A stretch of 63,376 nt of DNA, counting the filler, from Actinomycetota bacterium (GTDB lineage: Bacteria > Actinomycetota > Actinomycetes > JAKEEW01), in NCBI GenBank assembly GCA_046725875.1. It is 4 parts of 4 records of this genome, joined end to end, with 100 filler letters (N's around TTAATTAATTAA, not from the genome) between each part and the next. Parts side by side here need not be neighbours in the genome. Positions count along the whole stretch, not along the records: positions 1 to 17,259 come from JBKOZJ010000075.1; 3 more parts are not named here. One strand, 5' to 3'. Below the pieces are notes generated by a model. That model searched no databases. It was not told the DNA's origin and saw only the letters and a list, made by a program, of their open reading frames with translations. The translations under genes and the position numbers were made by a program. The number at the start of each line of letters is the position of its first letter. The first letter of the stretch is position 1. Below, piece by piece: positions 1 to 9,900 of the stretch.

Positions 1-21
1 GCCTGGCCTTGGCTCGTACAT
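1..21 (-). CDS. Probable 5' end of ABC transporter permease (runs off window)
   Basis: ATG at 21-19, 3 nt after the ABC ATPase stop; reads MYEPRPG. Product inferred from position only. Confidence 0.35.
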
Positions 22-24
22 GAC

Positions 25-1104
25 TTAACCTGCCCGGCGACGCGGCTCATCGGGCGAAGACCTAGGAAGGTTGTCGCCCCGCGCGGGAGCAGACGCCCAT
101 GGCGGATTGCCTAGCGGGCGCCCGGTTAGGTCGAGGAAGACTTCCTCGAGCGACCGGCGCCCAGTAGTGATGCGATCGGGGAGCACACCGTTGGACGCGC
201 ACCAGGCCGTCACGGTTGCGAGCAATGCCGGGTCGATGTCGCCCTGCACCCGATACGTGCCGAGCAGCGGCTCGTCCACGGTCGCATCAGCGGGCAGCGC
301 GGCGGCGAGCGAGGTGAGGTCGAGACCGACTGGGCCGCGGAACGTCAGCACCCGGTCGGCCGTGGTTCCGGTCAGCTCATCCGGCGTGCCCGCCGCGACC
401 ACCCGGCCACGATCAATGATCACGATCTGGTCTGCCAGCCGCTCGGCCTCCTCGATCAGGTGGGTCGTGAGGATCACCGTCACGCCCGAGTGGCGGAGCT
501 CACCCACGAGATCCCAGGTAGTCCGCCGGGCATGCGCATCCATGCCCGCCGTCGGCTCGTCGAGGAAGATCAGCTCAGGCCGGCCGACCAGGGAGAGCGC
601 CAGATGAAGCCGCTGACGCTCACCGCCGGACAGCCGTCGATAGGCCGTGCGCGAGCGAAGGTCGATACCGAGCCGGTCCGCGAGGTCCTGCAGGTCGAGC
701 GGGTGTGCGTACAACTCGGCGGCGTAGCTGAGGAGCTCGCCTGGTCGCGCACCCGGATACCCGCCACCCTCCTGCAACATCACGCCCACCCGTGGGCGCA
801 ACCGGCGGGCATCGGCGATGGGGTCCAGGCCGAGAACGCGCACGGTGCCCGAGTCGGGTCGCCGGAATCCCTCACAGGTCTCGATCGTCGTGGTCTTGCC
901 GGCGCCGTTCGGTCCCAGAACCGCGGTGACCGACCCACGCTCGGCCCGCAGCGAGATCTTGTCAGCCGCAACGACTGCGCCATAGCGCTTTACCAGCCGG
1001 CGCACCTCGACGGCCCAATCGGATGACCTGCCCAGAGCGCCGCGGCCGACAGCCGACCGGGGCTTCCTGGGGGTCGTCCCCCCGGGCTCATGACCCGAGA
1101 TCAC
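25..1104 (-). CDS. ABC transporter ATP-binding protein (DrrA/ABC-2 type)
   Basis: Walker A GPNGAGKT, signature LSGGE, Walker B IFLDEPT, C-terminal SLEEVFL. Divergent from sufR as in other actinobacteria. Start uncertain. Confidence 0.92.
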   Translation of the reverse strand: MISGHEPGGTTPRKPRSAVGRGALGRSSDWAVEVRRLVKRYGAVVAADKISLRAERGSVTAVLGPNGAGKTTTIETCEGFRRPDSGTVRVLGLDPIADARRLRPRVGVMLQEGGGYPGARPGELLSYAAELYAHPLDLQDLADRLGIDLRSRTAYRRLSGGERQRLHLALSLVGRPELIFLDEPTAGMDAHARRTTWDLVGELRHSGVTVILTTHLIEEAERLADQIVIIDRGRVVAAGTPDELTGTTADRVLTFRGPVGLDLTSLAAALPADATVDEPLLGTYRVQGDIDPALLATVTAWCASNGVLPDRITTGRRSLEEVFLDLTGRPLGNPPWASAPARGDNLPRSSPDEPRRRAG

Positions 1105-1150
1105 GCCGAGAGTCTACGAGCGGCGGTCTGGGTCACTGCCGACTCGGGAG

Positions 1151-1174
1151 CGAGGTTAGGCAAGCCTTGGCTGC
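1151..1174. promoter_or_regulatory. IdeR/DtxR-like iron box(es)
   Basis: CGAGGTTAGGCAAGCCTTG and overlapping TTAGGCAAGCCTTGGCTGC each match 14/19 of TWAGGTWAGSCTWACCTWA; lies between the ABC gene and sufR. Confidence 0.5.
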
Positions 1175-1234
1175 GTGATCAGAGTCACGGTCCGATGGAC
1201 GGGGTGTCGAGTAGCGCCGGCCGAGCGAATTAGG

Positions 1235-1248
1235 CAACAATGGTGTTG
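1235..1248. promoter_or_regulatory. SufR operator-like palindrome CAAC-N6-GTTG
   Basis: CAACAATGGTGTTG overlapping the sufR GTG start; same form as the Streptomyces SufR site. Confidence 0.65.
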
Positions 1249-2123
1249 TGAAAACTGTCCTGCTCGGGGACACTCCCCGTATCGCCGCCGGGAGGGGGCT
1301 GGAAGCCGCTCGGCAGCAGACGGGGGCCGATCCAGCACTGAGCGTGGCGGACGGCTCGACCCGCGAGCGAGTGGCTCGGTCCATTCTGGCCCACGGACCA
1401 TCGACGGCAGCCGATCTCGCGGCGCGGCTCGGCCTTACGCCGGCCGCGATCCGCCGCCACCTCGACGCGTTGCTCGCCGAAAGCGTGATCGAGGCGCGAG
1501 AGCAGCGGGTGTACGGACCCCGCGGCCGGGGTCGGCCCGCAAAGGTGTTCGCATTGACCGGCACCGGTCGGGACGCCTTCTTCCAGGCGTACGACGACCT
1601 CGCGGCCAGCGCCCTACGGTTCATCCGGGAAAGCGGTGGCGACGAGCTGGTCGCGCAGTTCGCGCGGATCCGGGTCAGCGAGCTCGAGGAACGCTACCGT
1701 CCGGTCGTGGCCGCAGCGCCGGCGGACCGCAAGGCGATGGTGCTCGCGGAGCGGCTGACCGCTGACGGCTACGCTGCCGCTACAGCGTCGGCGCCGGGTC
1801 GGGGCGGCGAGCAGCTGTGCCAGCATCACTGCCCGGTCGCGCATGTGGCCGAGCAGTTCCCGGTCCTGTGCGAGGCCGAGACCGAGGTGTTCGCGCGGCT
1901 GCTCGGCACTCACGTCCAGCGGCTCGCAACGATCGCCCACGGCGACGGCGTGTGCACCACCTACATCCCGGACCGGGCGAGACCGTCGGACCTGGCGGAC
2001 AGAATGCCGAAAACACGTACCGGCGTCGCTTCAGCACCACCGCGCGTTGCCGGTGCCCGTACACGAGAAGCAGCGACGGCAGCAGCCAACGAACAGCTAG
2101 ATCCCGCTAAGGAGATCTCCTGA
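1248..2123 (+). CDS. sufR: Suf operon transcriptional regulator
   Basis: N-terminal wHTH ([22 protein letters not shown]), GRGRP motif, Cys motif CQHHCPV...LCEAE...GDGVCTT; first gene of suf operon. Confidence 0.92.
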   Translation: MKTVLLGDTPRIAAGRGLEAARQQTGADPALSVADGSTRERVARSILAHGPSTAADLAARLGLTPAAIRRHLDALLAESVIEAREQRVYGPRGRGRPAKVFALTGTGRDAFFQAYDDLAASALRFIRESGGDELVAQFARIRVSELEERYRPVVAAAPADRKAMVLAERLTADGYAAATASAPGRGGEQLCQHHCPVAHVAEQFPVLCEAETEVFARLLGTHVQRLATIAHGDGVCTTYIPDRARPSDLADRMPKTRTGVASAPPRVAGARTREAATAAANEQLDPAKEIS

Positions 2124-3535
2124 TGACCACAAGCGTGCGTCCTGAGCTCGAGGGACTCGGCCGGTACAAGTTCGGCTGGGCCGACCCCGACGTTGCGGGT
2201 GCCAGCGCACAGCGCGGCCTGTCGGAGGCCGTCGTGCGCGACATCTCGGCGAGGAAGAATGAGCCGGAATGGATGCTCGAGCGGCGGCTGAAGGGGTTGC
2301 GGCTGTTCGAGAAGAAGCCGTTGCCGACCTGGGGTGCGAACCTCTCCGACATCGCCTTCGACAACATCAAGTACTTCGTGCGCTCGACTGAGAAGCAGGC
2401 GACGACTTGGGACGAGCTGCCCGCTGACATTAAGAACACCTACGACAAACTCGGCATCCCCGAGGCAGAGAAGCAACGACTCATCGCCGGCGTCGCGGCC
2501 CAGTATGAATCCGAGGTGGTGTACCACAAGATTCGGGAGGACCTCGAGTCGCAGGGCGTCATCTTCCTCGACACCGACACCGGGCTCCGCGAGCACGAGG
2601 ACCTGTTCAAGGAGTACTTCGGCACGGTCATTCCGGCCGGCGACAACAAGTTCGCGTCCCTGAACACCGCGGTGTGGAGCGGTGGCAGCTTCATCTACGT
2701 GCCAAAGGGCGTGCATGTGGAGATCCCGCTGCAGGCCTACTTCCGGATCAACACCGAGAACATGGGGCAGTTCGAGCGGACGCTGATCATTGTCGACGAG
2801 GACGCCTACGTGCACTATGTCGAGGGCTGTACCGCGCCGATCTATAGCAGCGACTCGCTGCACTCGGCGGTCGTCGAGATCATCGTCAAGAAGAACGCGC
2901 GCTGCCGCTACACGACCATCCAGAACTGGTCGAACAACGTCTATAACCTCGTCACCAAGCGGGCCTTCGCCCACGAGGGCGCGACGATGGAGTGGATCGA
3001 CGGCAACATCGGATCGAAGATCACTATGAAGTATCCGGCCGTCTGGCTGATGGGCGAACACGCCAAGGGCGAGACGCTGTCGATTGCGTTCGCCGGCGAG
3101 GGTCAGCACCAGGACGCGGGCGCCAAGATGGTCCATGCGGCACCCCACACGTCGTCGACGATCATCTCCAAGTCGGTGGCCCGGGCTGGCGGCCGGACCT
3201 CCTACCGCGGCCTCGTCCAGGTGCAGCCGGGCAGCCACCACAGCAAGTCGACGGTCAAGTGCGACGCGTTGCTGGTCGATACGGTCAGCCGCTCCGACAC
3301 CTACCCGTATGTCGATGTCCGCGAGGACGACGTGGCCATGGGACACGAGGCCACCGTTTCGAAGGTGAGCGAGGATCAGCTCTTCTATCTCATGAGCCGC
3401 GGCCTCACCGAGGACGAGGCGATGGCGATGATCGTGCGCGGCTTCGTCGAGCCGATCGCGCGCGAGCTGCCCATGGAGTATGCGCTGGAGCTGAACCGGC
3501 TGATCGAGCTGCAGATGGAAGGAGCGGTGGGCTGA
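2123..3535 (+). CDS. sufB: Fe-S cluster assembly protein SufB
   Basis: [36 protein letters not shown] motifs; no intein. Confidence 0.98.
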   Translation: MTTSVRPELEGLGRYKFGWADPDVAGASAQRGLSEAVVRDISARKNEPEWMLERRLKGLRLFEKKPLPTWGANLSDIAFDNIKYFVRSTEKQATTWDELPADIKNTYDKLGIPEAEKQRLIAGVAAQYESEVVYHKIREDLESQGVIFLDTDTGLREHEDLFKEYFGTVIPAGDNKFASLNTAVWSGGSFIYVPKGVHVEIPLQAYFRINTENMGQFERTLIIVDEDAYVHYVEGCTAPIYSSDSLHSAVVEIIVKKNARCRYTTIQNWSNNVYNLVTKRAFAHEGATMEWIDGNIGSKITMKYPAVWLMGEHAKGETLSIAFAGEGQHQDAGAKMVHAAPHTSSTIISKSVARAGGRTSYRGLVQVQPGSHHSKSTVKCDALLVDTVSRSDTYPYVDVREDDVAMGHEATVSKVSEDQLFYLMSRGLTEDEAMAMIVRGFVEPIARELPMEYALELNRLIELQMEGAVG

Positions 3536-3537
3536 CC

Positions 3538-4926
3538 GTGACCGACACGACCAATCCGACCGGGGTGGCGGTCACGGAGCACTCGCATGGCCCGGAGGAG
3601 CTGGGCCGCGACGACGGCCATCGACGGACGTCGACCGGGAGTGCGCTGCACGCTTTCGCGTCGTTCGATCCAGCCGCGTTCCCGATCCCGTCGGGCCGGG
3701 AGGAGGCGTGGCGCTTCACCCCGGCCCGGCGGCTTCGCGGGCTGCACCAGCTCGACCCCCAGCCGGCGCCGCCGCTGCCCACGGAGATCGACGCCGCACC
3801 CGAGGTGAAGGTCGAGTTCGTCGACCGGGACGACCCGCGCATCGGCCGCACCGCCGTGCCGACCGACCGGGTGGCCGCGCTCGCCTGGTCATCGTTCACC
3901 CAGGCTGTCATCGTCACCGTGCCCCGGGACACGAAGGCGTCCGCCCCGACCACGATCCGCGAGATCCCACCGACGCTGAAGGACGTGCCAAGCCGAGAGA
4001 AGCGAATCGCTGGGACCGGCGCGGAAACGACTCCGTCCTTGGGGTACGGGCACCTCGTCGTGGACGTCGAACCCTACGCCGAGGCGGTCGTCGTCCTCGA
4101 CCACGTCGGCTCGGCGACCTACGCGGCGAACGTCGAGCTCCACGTGGGCGAGGGCGGCAAGCTCACCTTCGTCGCCATCCAGGATTGGGCCGACGACGCC
4201 GTGCACCTCGCGCACCACTACGCCAGGCTCGGCCGGGACGCGAGCTTCAAGTCGGTACTGGTCACCTTCGGCGGAGAGCTGGTCCGGCTGTTCCCGCAGG
4301 TGACATATGACGCTCCGGGCGGCGATGCCGAGCTTCTCGGCATCTACTTCGCCGACGAGGGTCAACACCTGGAGCACCGGCTCTTTGTCGACCACGCGCA
4401 ACCGCATTGCCGAAGCCGCGTCGCCTACAAGGGCGCGCTGCAGGGCGCCTCGGCGCGGACGGTGTGGATCGGCGACGTGCTCATCCGCAAGAACGCGATC
4501 GGCACTGACACGTACGAGCTCAACCGCAACCTGGTGCTTACCGACGGCGCCCGCGCCGACTCCGTACCTAACCTCGAGATCGAGACCGGGGAGATCATCG
4601 GCGCCGGCCACGCGAGCGCAACCGGCCGTTTCGATGACGAGCAGCTGTTCTACCTCCAGTCCCGGGGCATTCCCGAGGACGAGGCACGGCGGCTGGTAGT
4701 GCGCGGCTTCTTCGCCGAGCTCGTCGGCCGGATCGGCGTTCCCGAGGTAGAGGTACGGCTGCTCGCCAAGGTCGAGGAGGAGCTTTCCCGCACGCTGCGC
4801 GCCAATGCCCGCTCCGTACGACCGGGGCCGATCGTGGTCAGCGCCCCACCCCCAGCGCCCGCCGCAACCGGAACCGGCCCGCCGGCCGCCCAAGCGACGA
4901 CCGAATATCAGGAGATTAGGCAGTGA
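3538..4926 (+). CDS. sufD: Fe-S cluster assembly protein SufD
   Basis: GTG 2 nt after sufB stop; GREEAWRFTP, ADSVPNLEI, GHASATGRFDDEQLFYLQSRGI. Confidence 0.95.
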   Translation: MTDTTNPTGVAVTEHSHGPEELGRDDGHRRTSTGSALHAFASFDPAAFPIPSGREEAWRFTPARRLRGLHQLDPQPAPPLPTEIDAAPEVKVEFVDRDDPRIGRTAVPTDRVAALAWSSFTQAVIVTVPRDTKASAPTTIREIPPTLKDVPSREKRIAGTGAETTPSLGYGHLVVDVEPYAEAVVVLDHVGSATYAANVELHVGEGGKLTFVAIQDWADDAVHLAHHYARLGRDASFKSVLVTFGGELVRLFPQVTYDAPGGDAELLGIYFADEGQHLEHRLFVDHAQPHCRSRVAYKGALQGASARTVWIGDVLIRKNAIGTDTYELNRNLVLTDGARADSVPNLEIETGEIIGAGHASATGRFDDEQLFYLQSRGIPEDEARRLVVRGFFAELVGRIGVPEVEVRLLAKVEEELSRTLRANARSVRPGPIVVSAPPPAPAATGTGPPAAQATTEYQEIRQ

Positions 4927-5687
4927 GCACCCTCGAGATCCGCGACTTGCACGTTTCCGTCGAGGCCGAGGCCGGCCCGCGGGAGATCCTGCGCGGCGTC
5001 GATCTGACCGTACGAAAGGGCGAAACGCACGCCATCATGGGCCCGAACGGCTCGGGCAAGTCCACCCTCGCGTACAGCATTGCCGGTCATCCGAAGTACG
5101 CCATCACCGCCGGGACGGTAACCCTCGACGGCGAGGACGTCCTGAGCATGACCGTCGACCAGCGGGCCAGGGCCGGCCTGTTCCTCGCTATGCAGTACCC
5201 GGTCGAGGTGTCCGGTGTGTCGGTCTCCAACTTCCTTCGGAGCGCCGCGACCGCCGTGCGGGGGGAAGCGCCCAAGCTGCGCGCGTGGGTCAAAGAGGTG
5301 AAGGAGGCGATGGAGCAGCTGGCCATCGACCCGTCCTTCGCCGAGCGCGACGTGAACGCCGGCTTCTCCGGCGGCGAGAAGAAGCGCCACGAGATTCTGC
5401 AACTCGAGCTGCTCAAGCCGCGCATCGCGATCCTGGACGAGACCGACTCCGGGCTCGACATCGACGCCCTCAAGGTCGTGGCGGAGGGCATCAACCGGGT
5501 CCGGGGGACGGGCGAGGTCGGCGTGATGCTGATCACCCATTACACCCGGATCCTGCGTTACATCCGCCCGGACTTCGTCCACGTGTTCGTGGACGGCCGG
5601 ATCGTCCAGGAGGGCGGCCCGGAGCTCGCCGAGGAGCTCGAGGCGCAAGGCTACGAGCGCTTCATGAAGACGGCGGTTGCGTCATGA
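4923..5687 (+). CDS. sufC: Fe-S cluster assembly ATPase SufC
   Basis: GPNGSGKST, FLAMQYP, FSGGEKKR, LDETDSGLDIDAL, ITHY. Confidence 0.98.
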   Translation: MSTLEIRDLHVSVEAEAGPREILRGVDLTVRKGETHAIMGPNGSGKSTLAYSIAGHPKYAITAGTVTLDGEDVLSMTVDQRARAGLFLAMQYPVEVSGVSVSNFLRSAATAVRGEAPKLRAWVKEVKEAMEQLAIDPSFAERDVNAGFSGGEKKRHEILQLELLKPRIAILDETDSGLDIDALKVVAEGINRVRGTGEVGVMLITHYTRILRYIRPDFVHVFVDGRIVQEGGPELAEELEAQGYERFMKTAVAS

Positions 5688-7171
5688 CCAGAGACGTACG
5701 GGCGGACCCGGCGCCGGCGACTGGCGGCACCGCGCCAAGCGTGCCCATGCAGGCGGCCAGCACGGCCAGCACCGCTGGCCGTGGCGCGGGCGGTGTCATC
5801 GACCCGCCCGACGCAGGACCGGACCATGTCACGGTCATCGCCGGCGATGTCGAGGCCCAGCGCGGCCTCGAGCCAGGCATCCCACCGGGCGGTGCCTACG
5901 ACGCCGTGGTCGCCGCGGGCTATGCCCGTCTGTTGTCCGAGTCGCTGCGCGACGACTTCCCGGTCCTCGACCGGCTGGTCAACGGCAAACCCTTGGTCTA
6001 CCTAGACAGCGCGAACTCGTCTCAGAAGCCGCACCAAGTACTCGACGTTATGCGGGACCACTACGAGCGGCACAACGCGAACATCGGCCGGGCCGTTCAC
6101 CGGCTGGGCACAGAGGCGACTGAGGCGTACGAGAACGCCCGAACCAAGGTCGCGAGCTTCATCCGCGCACCCTCCAGGGACGAGGTGATCTTCACCAAGA
6201 ACATCACCGAGGCGCTCAACCTCGTCGCGGGCACCCTGGCAAGCGGCTTGGCCGAGGACCCGCGGCTACGGCTCGGCCCGGGCGACGAGGTGGTCATCAG
6301 TGAGATGGAGCACCACTCGAACATCGTTCCGTGGCAGCTGGCCTGCCGCCGAACCGGTGCCAAGCTGCGCTGGTTCGGCCTCACCGATCAGGGCCGGCTC
6401 GACCTGCGCAACCTCGACGAGCTGGTGAACGAGCGCACCAAGATCGTCTCGATCGTCCACCAGTCGAACATGCTCGGTACGGTCAACTCGCTGTCGCCGA
6501 TCGTCGAGCGGGCCCACGAGGTGGGCGCGCTGGTGGTGGTCGACGGCGCCCAAGCGGTCCCGCATAAGCGGGTGAACATGGCCAAGTCGGGCGCAGACTT
6601 CTACGCATTCACCGGGCACAAGATGTGCGGACCTACCGGCATCGGGGTCCTGTGGGGGCGCCACGAGCTGCTCGACGCGTTGCCGCCGTTCCTGGGTGGG
6701 GGTGGCATGATCGAGTCCGTCACGATGGCGGAGTCGACCTTCGCGGCGGTCCCGCACAAGTTCGAGGCGGGCACTCCACCGATCGTGCAGGCGGTCGGGC
6801 TCGGTGCGACCGCGGATTACCTGTCGGCGATCGGGATGCGCGAGATCGAGGCGCACGAGCAGGCGCTGACTGCGTACGCGCTGGACGGGATGGCGATCGT
6901 GCCCGGTCTGCGGGTCATCGGCCCGGTACGCCCGGTCATGCGGGGCGGCACGATCTCCTTCACGATGAAGGGCATCCACCCGCACGACGTCGGCCAGGTG
7001 CTCGACGAGCTAGGCATCGCGGTCCGGGTCGGCCACCACTGTGCGCGGCCAGCCTGCCTGCGCTACGAAGTGCCGGCGACCACCCGAGCCTCGTTCTACC
7101 TCTACAACACGCTCGACGAGGTCGACGCGCTGATCGCCGGGCTGTACCAGGTGCGGAAGTTCTTCGGGTGA
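5684..7171 (+). CDS. sufS: Cysteine desulfurase SufS with long N-terminal extension
   Basis: ATGA overlap with sufC stop; YLDSANSSQKP, MEHHSN, TGHKM (PLP Lys), RVGHHCA. Confidence 0.95.
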   Translation: MTRDVRADPAPATGGTAPSVPMQAASTASTAGRGAGGVIDPPDAGPDHVTVIAGDVEAQRGLEPGIPPGGAYDAVVAAGYARLLSESLRDDFPVLDRLVNGKPLVYLDSANSSQKPHQVLDVMRDHYERHNANIGRAVHRLGTEATEAYENARTKVASFIRAPSRDEVIFTKNITEALNLVAGTLASGLAEDPRLRLGPGDEVVISEMEHHSNIVPWQLACRRTGAKLRWFGLTDQGRLDLRNLDELVNERTKIVSIVHQSNMLGTVNSLSPIVERAHEVGALVVVDGAQAVPHKRVNMAKSGADFYAFTGHKMCGPTGIGVLWGRHELLDALPPFLGGGGMIESVTMAESTFAAVPHKFEAGTPPIVQAVGLGATADYLSAIGMREIEAHEQALTAYALDGMAIVPGLRVIGPVRPVMRGGTISFTMKGIHPHDVGQVLDELGIAVRVGHHCARPACLRYEVPATTRASFYLYNTLDEVDALIAGLYQVRKFFG

Positions 7172-7237
7172 GAGTCTTGTTGTGCGATCTGGCGGGAATA
7201 GCCCGCGATCGGAGCCGACGGTGAGGATCGACCGCTG

Positions 7238-7747
7238 ATGCCCGAGTTCGACTCGCTCTACCAGGAGATCATCCTGGATCACTACCGCAGCCCGCAGAAC
7301 AAGGGGCTGCGGGAGCCCTACGACGTCGAGGTGCACCACGTAAACCCGCTATGCGGCGACGAGGTGACGATGCGGGTACGGCTCGCCGGCGACGTGATCG
7401 AGGATGTGTCGTACGACTCGGAGGGTTGTTCAATCAGCCAGGCCTCCGACTCGATACTCACCGAGCTGGTTCTTGGCCGCAGTATCGGCGAGGCGATGAA
7501 AACGGCCGAGGTGTTCGGCGAGCTCATGGCGTCCAAGGGCCAGCTGGAGCCGGACGACGACGTGCTTGGCGACGCGGTCGCCTTGGCCGGAGTGTCGAAA
7601 TACCCGGCCCGGATCAAGTGCGCGTTGCTCGGCTGGATGGCGTGGAAGGACGCGACCTCCCAGGCGCTGGCACGCTCGCGCATCGATGCCCGACCAAGCG
7701 ACGACGCGGCTGGCACTCTGCGGAGTGGAGAGGAGGCAGGCTCATGA
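7238..7747 (+). CDS. sufU: SUF system NifU-family protein
   Basis: LYQEIILDHY, NPLCGDEV, GCSISQAS, ARIKCALL. Confidence 0.96.
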   Translation: MPEFDSLYQEIILDHYRSPQNKGLREPYDVEVHHVNPLCGDEVTMRVRLAGDVIEDVSYDSEGCSISQASDSILTELVLGRSIGEAMKTAEVFGELMASKGQLEPDDDVLGDAVALAGVSKYPARIKCALLGWMAWKDATSQALARSRIDARPSDDAAGTLRSGEEAGS

Positions 7748-8070
7748 CCGCTGTAGACACACCCGCATCGGTCGACACTGTGCAGGAGGCGCTCAGGGAT
7801 GTCGTCGACCCGGAACTCGGCATCAACGTGGTCGACCTCGGCCTCGTCTACGGCATCACCATCTCGACGGACAACGTCGCCGCGATCGACATGACGCTCA
7901 CCTCTGCGGCCTGCCCTCTCACTGACGTAATCGAGGACCAGGCGCAACTGGCGCTCGACGGCGTGGTGAAAGACTTCCGCATCAACTGGGTCTGGATGCC
8001 GCCGTGGGGACCCGACAAGATCACCGACGACGGCCGGGAGCAGCTGCGCGCGCTCGGCTTCAACGTCTGA
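7744..8070 (+). CDS. sufT: DUF59/SufT metal-sulfur cluster biosynthesis protein
   Basis: ATGA overlap with sufU; DVVDPELGINVVDLGLVY, MTLTSAACP, PPWGP. Confidence 0.93.
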   Translation: MTAVDTPASVDTVQEALRDVVDPELGINVVDLGLVYGITISTDNVAAIDMTLTSAACPLTDVIEDQAQLALDGVVKDFRINWVWMPPWGPDKITDDGREQLRALGFNV

Positions 8071-8078
8071 GCCTCCGG

Positions 8079-8738
8079 GTGCCGGCGAGCGGCGCCCGGC
8101 GCATCGTCGAGGTGCCTCCGGAGCGGCTCGCTCGCTGGTGTACCGGCTTCGGAGAACGCCATGGCGGCGTCCTTTCCACGTACAAGAGTCCGAAGCTGTG
8201 GACGCTGACCGCAGTCGACGGTGTGGACGCGACGCTTGAACCGCCCTTTCCGCCCCTCGCCGTCCAACCGGACGAGCACCCGGGCCTCGCGATTGCCGAG
8301 CTGCTCGACCACGCCTTGACTGATCGAGTCGTCGGGGTGCTTCTTGTCCGGCTGGGCGGGCACGCAGCCGGGATCTTCGAAGGGACCCGGCTTGTATCGT
8401 CCAAAGTCGACCGGGCACTGGTCCACGGGCGGTCCAAGGCCGGGGGTTGGTCGCAGCAACGGTTCGCCCGCCGCCGGGCAGGGCAGGCCCGGGAGTCGCT
8501 CGCCGACGCGGCCGATACCGCGGCACGGATCCTGCTGCCCGAAATCGGGCGGCTGGACGCCGTGGTGCTCGGGGGCGACCGGCGGGCCGTGGACCAGCTT
8601 CGGTCGGACCTACGGCTCAGCCCGGTCTTTGCCCTCGCTATCGAGCGCTTCCTGACGGTCCCCGAGCCGCGGCTCGCAGTGCTCCAGGACACGCCGCACC
8701 AGTTCCGCTCCGTACGAGTAGTCATAACCGAGCCGTAA
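8079..8738 (+). CDS. acVLRF1-family (Vms1-like) peptidyl-tRNA hydrolase / release factor homologue
   Basis: LLVRLGGHAAG, VHGRSKAGGWSQQRFARRR, VLGGDR motifs; GTG 8 nt after sufT stop. Confidence 0.85.
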   Translation: MPASGARRIVEVPPERLARWCTGFGERHGGVLSTYKSPKLWTLTAVDGVDATLEPPFPPLAVQPDEHPGLAIAELLDHALTDRVVGVLLVRLGGHAAGIFEGTRLVSSKVDRALVHGRSKAGGWSQQRFARRRAGQARESLADAADTAARILLPEIGRLDAVVLGGDRRAVDQLRSDLRLSPVFALAIERFLTVPEPRLAVLQDTPHQFRSVRVVITEP

Positions 8739-8891
8739 AGCGCACCCGTCGACGGCCACCGCGCGGTTCGGCGCTTTATGCTCGGTACGCGGGCGAAAGA
8801 GGCAAATCGGTCACGAATTCCCGCTACCTGCCGTAAAGAAGCGGCGGCGTGAGGACGACGGTGAGACGGAAGACGCCGCCCCCGGCCGCGT

Positions 8892-9767
8892 TCAAATCTC
8901 GACAGCGAACGTGTCGCAGGAGTTCGGATTGCCGGTCTGGTAGCCGGTGTTGAACCAGCCGGCCCGCTGCTCGGACGATCCGTGGGTCCAGGCCTCCGGG
9001 TCGACCCGGCCGGTGGCCCGCTTCTGGATGCGATCGTCGCCGACGGCTGCCGCGGCGTCGAGCGCCTGGTTGATTTCGTTCCACGTAAACGGCTCGGTAT
9101 AGAAACCGGTGTCGACAGCGTGCTTGGCCCAGACTCCGGCATAACAGTCGGCCTGTAGCTCGAGGCGGACCGAGCCGCTCTCGGGTCCTTGCCTGTCCTG
9201 ACCGACCTTGTTCATCGTGCCAAGCAGGTCCTGCACGTGGTGGCCGTACTCATGGGCAATGACATACGCCTGCGCGAATGGGCCGCCCTGCGCGCCGAAC
9301 TGCGACTGCAGCTGCTGGAAGAAACCCAGGTCGAGGTAGACCTTCTGGTCGTTCGGACAGTAGAACGGGCCAACCTCCGACGAAGCGACGCCGCATCCGG
9401 TATCGACGGCGCCGCTGAACAAGACAGTCTTGGAGGGCGAGTAGCGCTGCCCATACTGGCTGAACGCATCACTCCAGTAGTCCTGGATGCTGTTGATCAC
9501 CCCGACGACCCGGCAGTCCTCGGACTGGTTGGCATCTTGGCCGGTCTTGCACTCCTGGCTGATGTTGGAGTTGGGCTGAACGCCCTCAGCCCCTGGGTCA
9601 TCGGTGCCGACCAGGCCGCCGAGGTCGCCGCCGAAGAGCAAGGCGAGGATCAGACCGATGATGCCAAGTCCGCCACCGATCGCCTTGCCGCCGCCGGGGA
9701 TCCGCCCCCGTCCGCGAACATCTTCGACCTGCGACGTGTCGAGCTGCGCATCTTTGTCGAACCGCAT
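8892..9767 (-). CDS. Neutral zinc metallopeptidase (YpfJ family)
   Basis: LDTSQVEDVRG, TM segment, GPFYCP, AHEYGHHVQ, ELQADCYAG, THGSSEQR. Confidence 0.93.
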   Translation of the reverse strand: MRFDKDAQLDTSQVEDVRGRGRIPGGGKAIGGGLGIIGLILALLFGGDLGGLVGTDDPGAEGVQPNSNISQECKTGQDANQSEDCRVVGVINSIQDYWSDAFSQYGQRYSPSKTVLFSGAVDTGCGVASSEVGPFYCPNDQKVYLDLGFFQQLQSQFGAQGGPFAQAYVIAHEYGHHVQDLLGTMNKVGQDRQGPESGSVRLELQADCYAGVWAKHAVDTGFYTEPFTWNEINQALDAAAAVGDDRIQKRATGRVDPEAWTHGSSEQRAGWFNTGYQTGNPNSCDTFAVEI

Positions 9768-9900
9768 CGCCAACTCCCAGGACGCCCTTACCAAGCGGTT
9801 CCACCGTGGGCCCGGGCGCCTTTTCGCCAGGTCCTGATGACACGGTGGAGCTGTGGGGGTGCATGTGCCCGTCCCAGGCGGCTATATGCCGAATCGATCG

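Noticed and set aside
1961..3346. Long antisense ORFs (also 49141-50688, 36860-38263, 38544-39992, 62378-63193)
   Set aside because: Shadow ORFs typical of high-GC DNA opposite well-supported genes; no recognisable motifs.
2123..3535. Intein in SufB
   Set aside because: The protein is 470 aa and continuous through EGCTAP, with no insertion.
2992..3537. 644-aa SufD and 788-aa SufS (from 4805) as giant fusion proteins
   Set aside because: The extra N-terminal parts are off-frame overlaps of sufB and sufC; coupled starts at 3538 and 5684 fit better.
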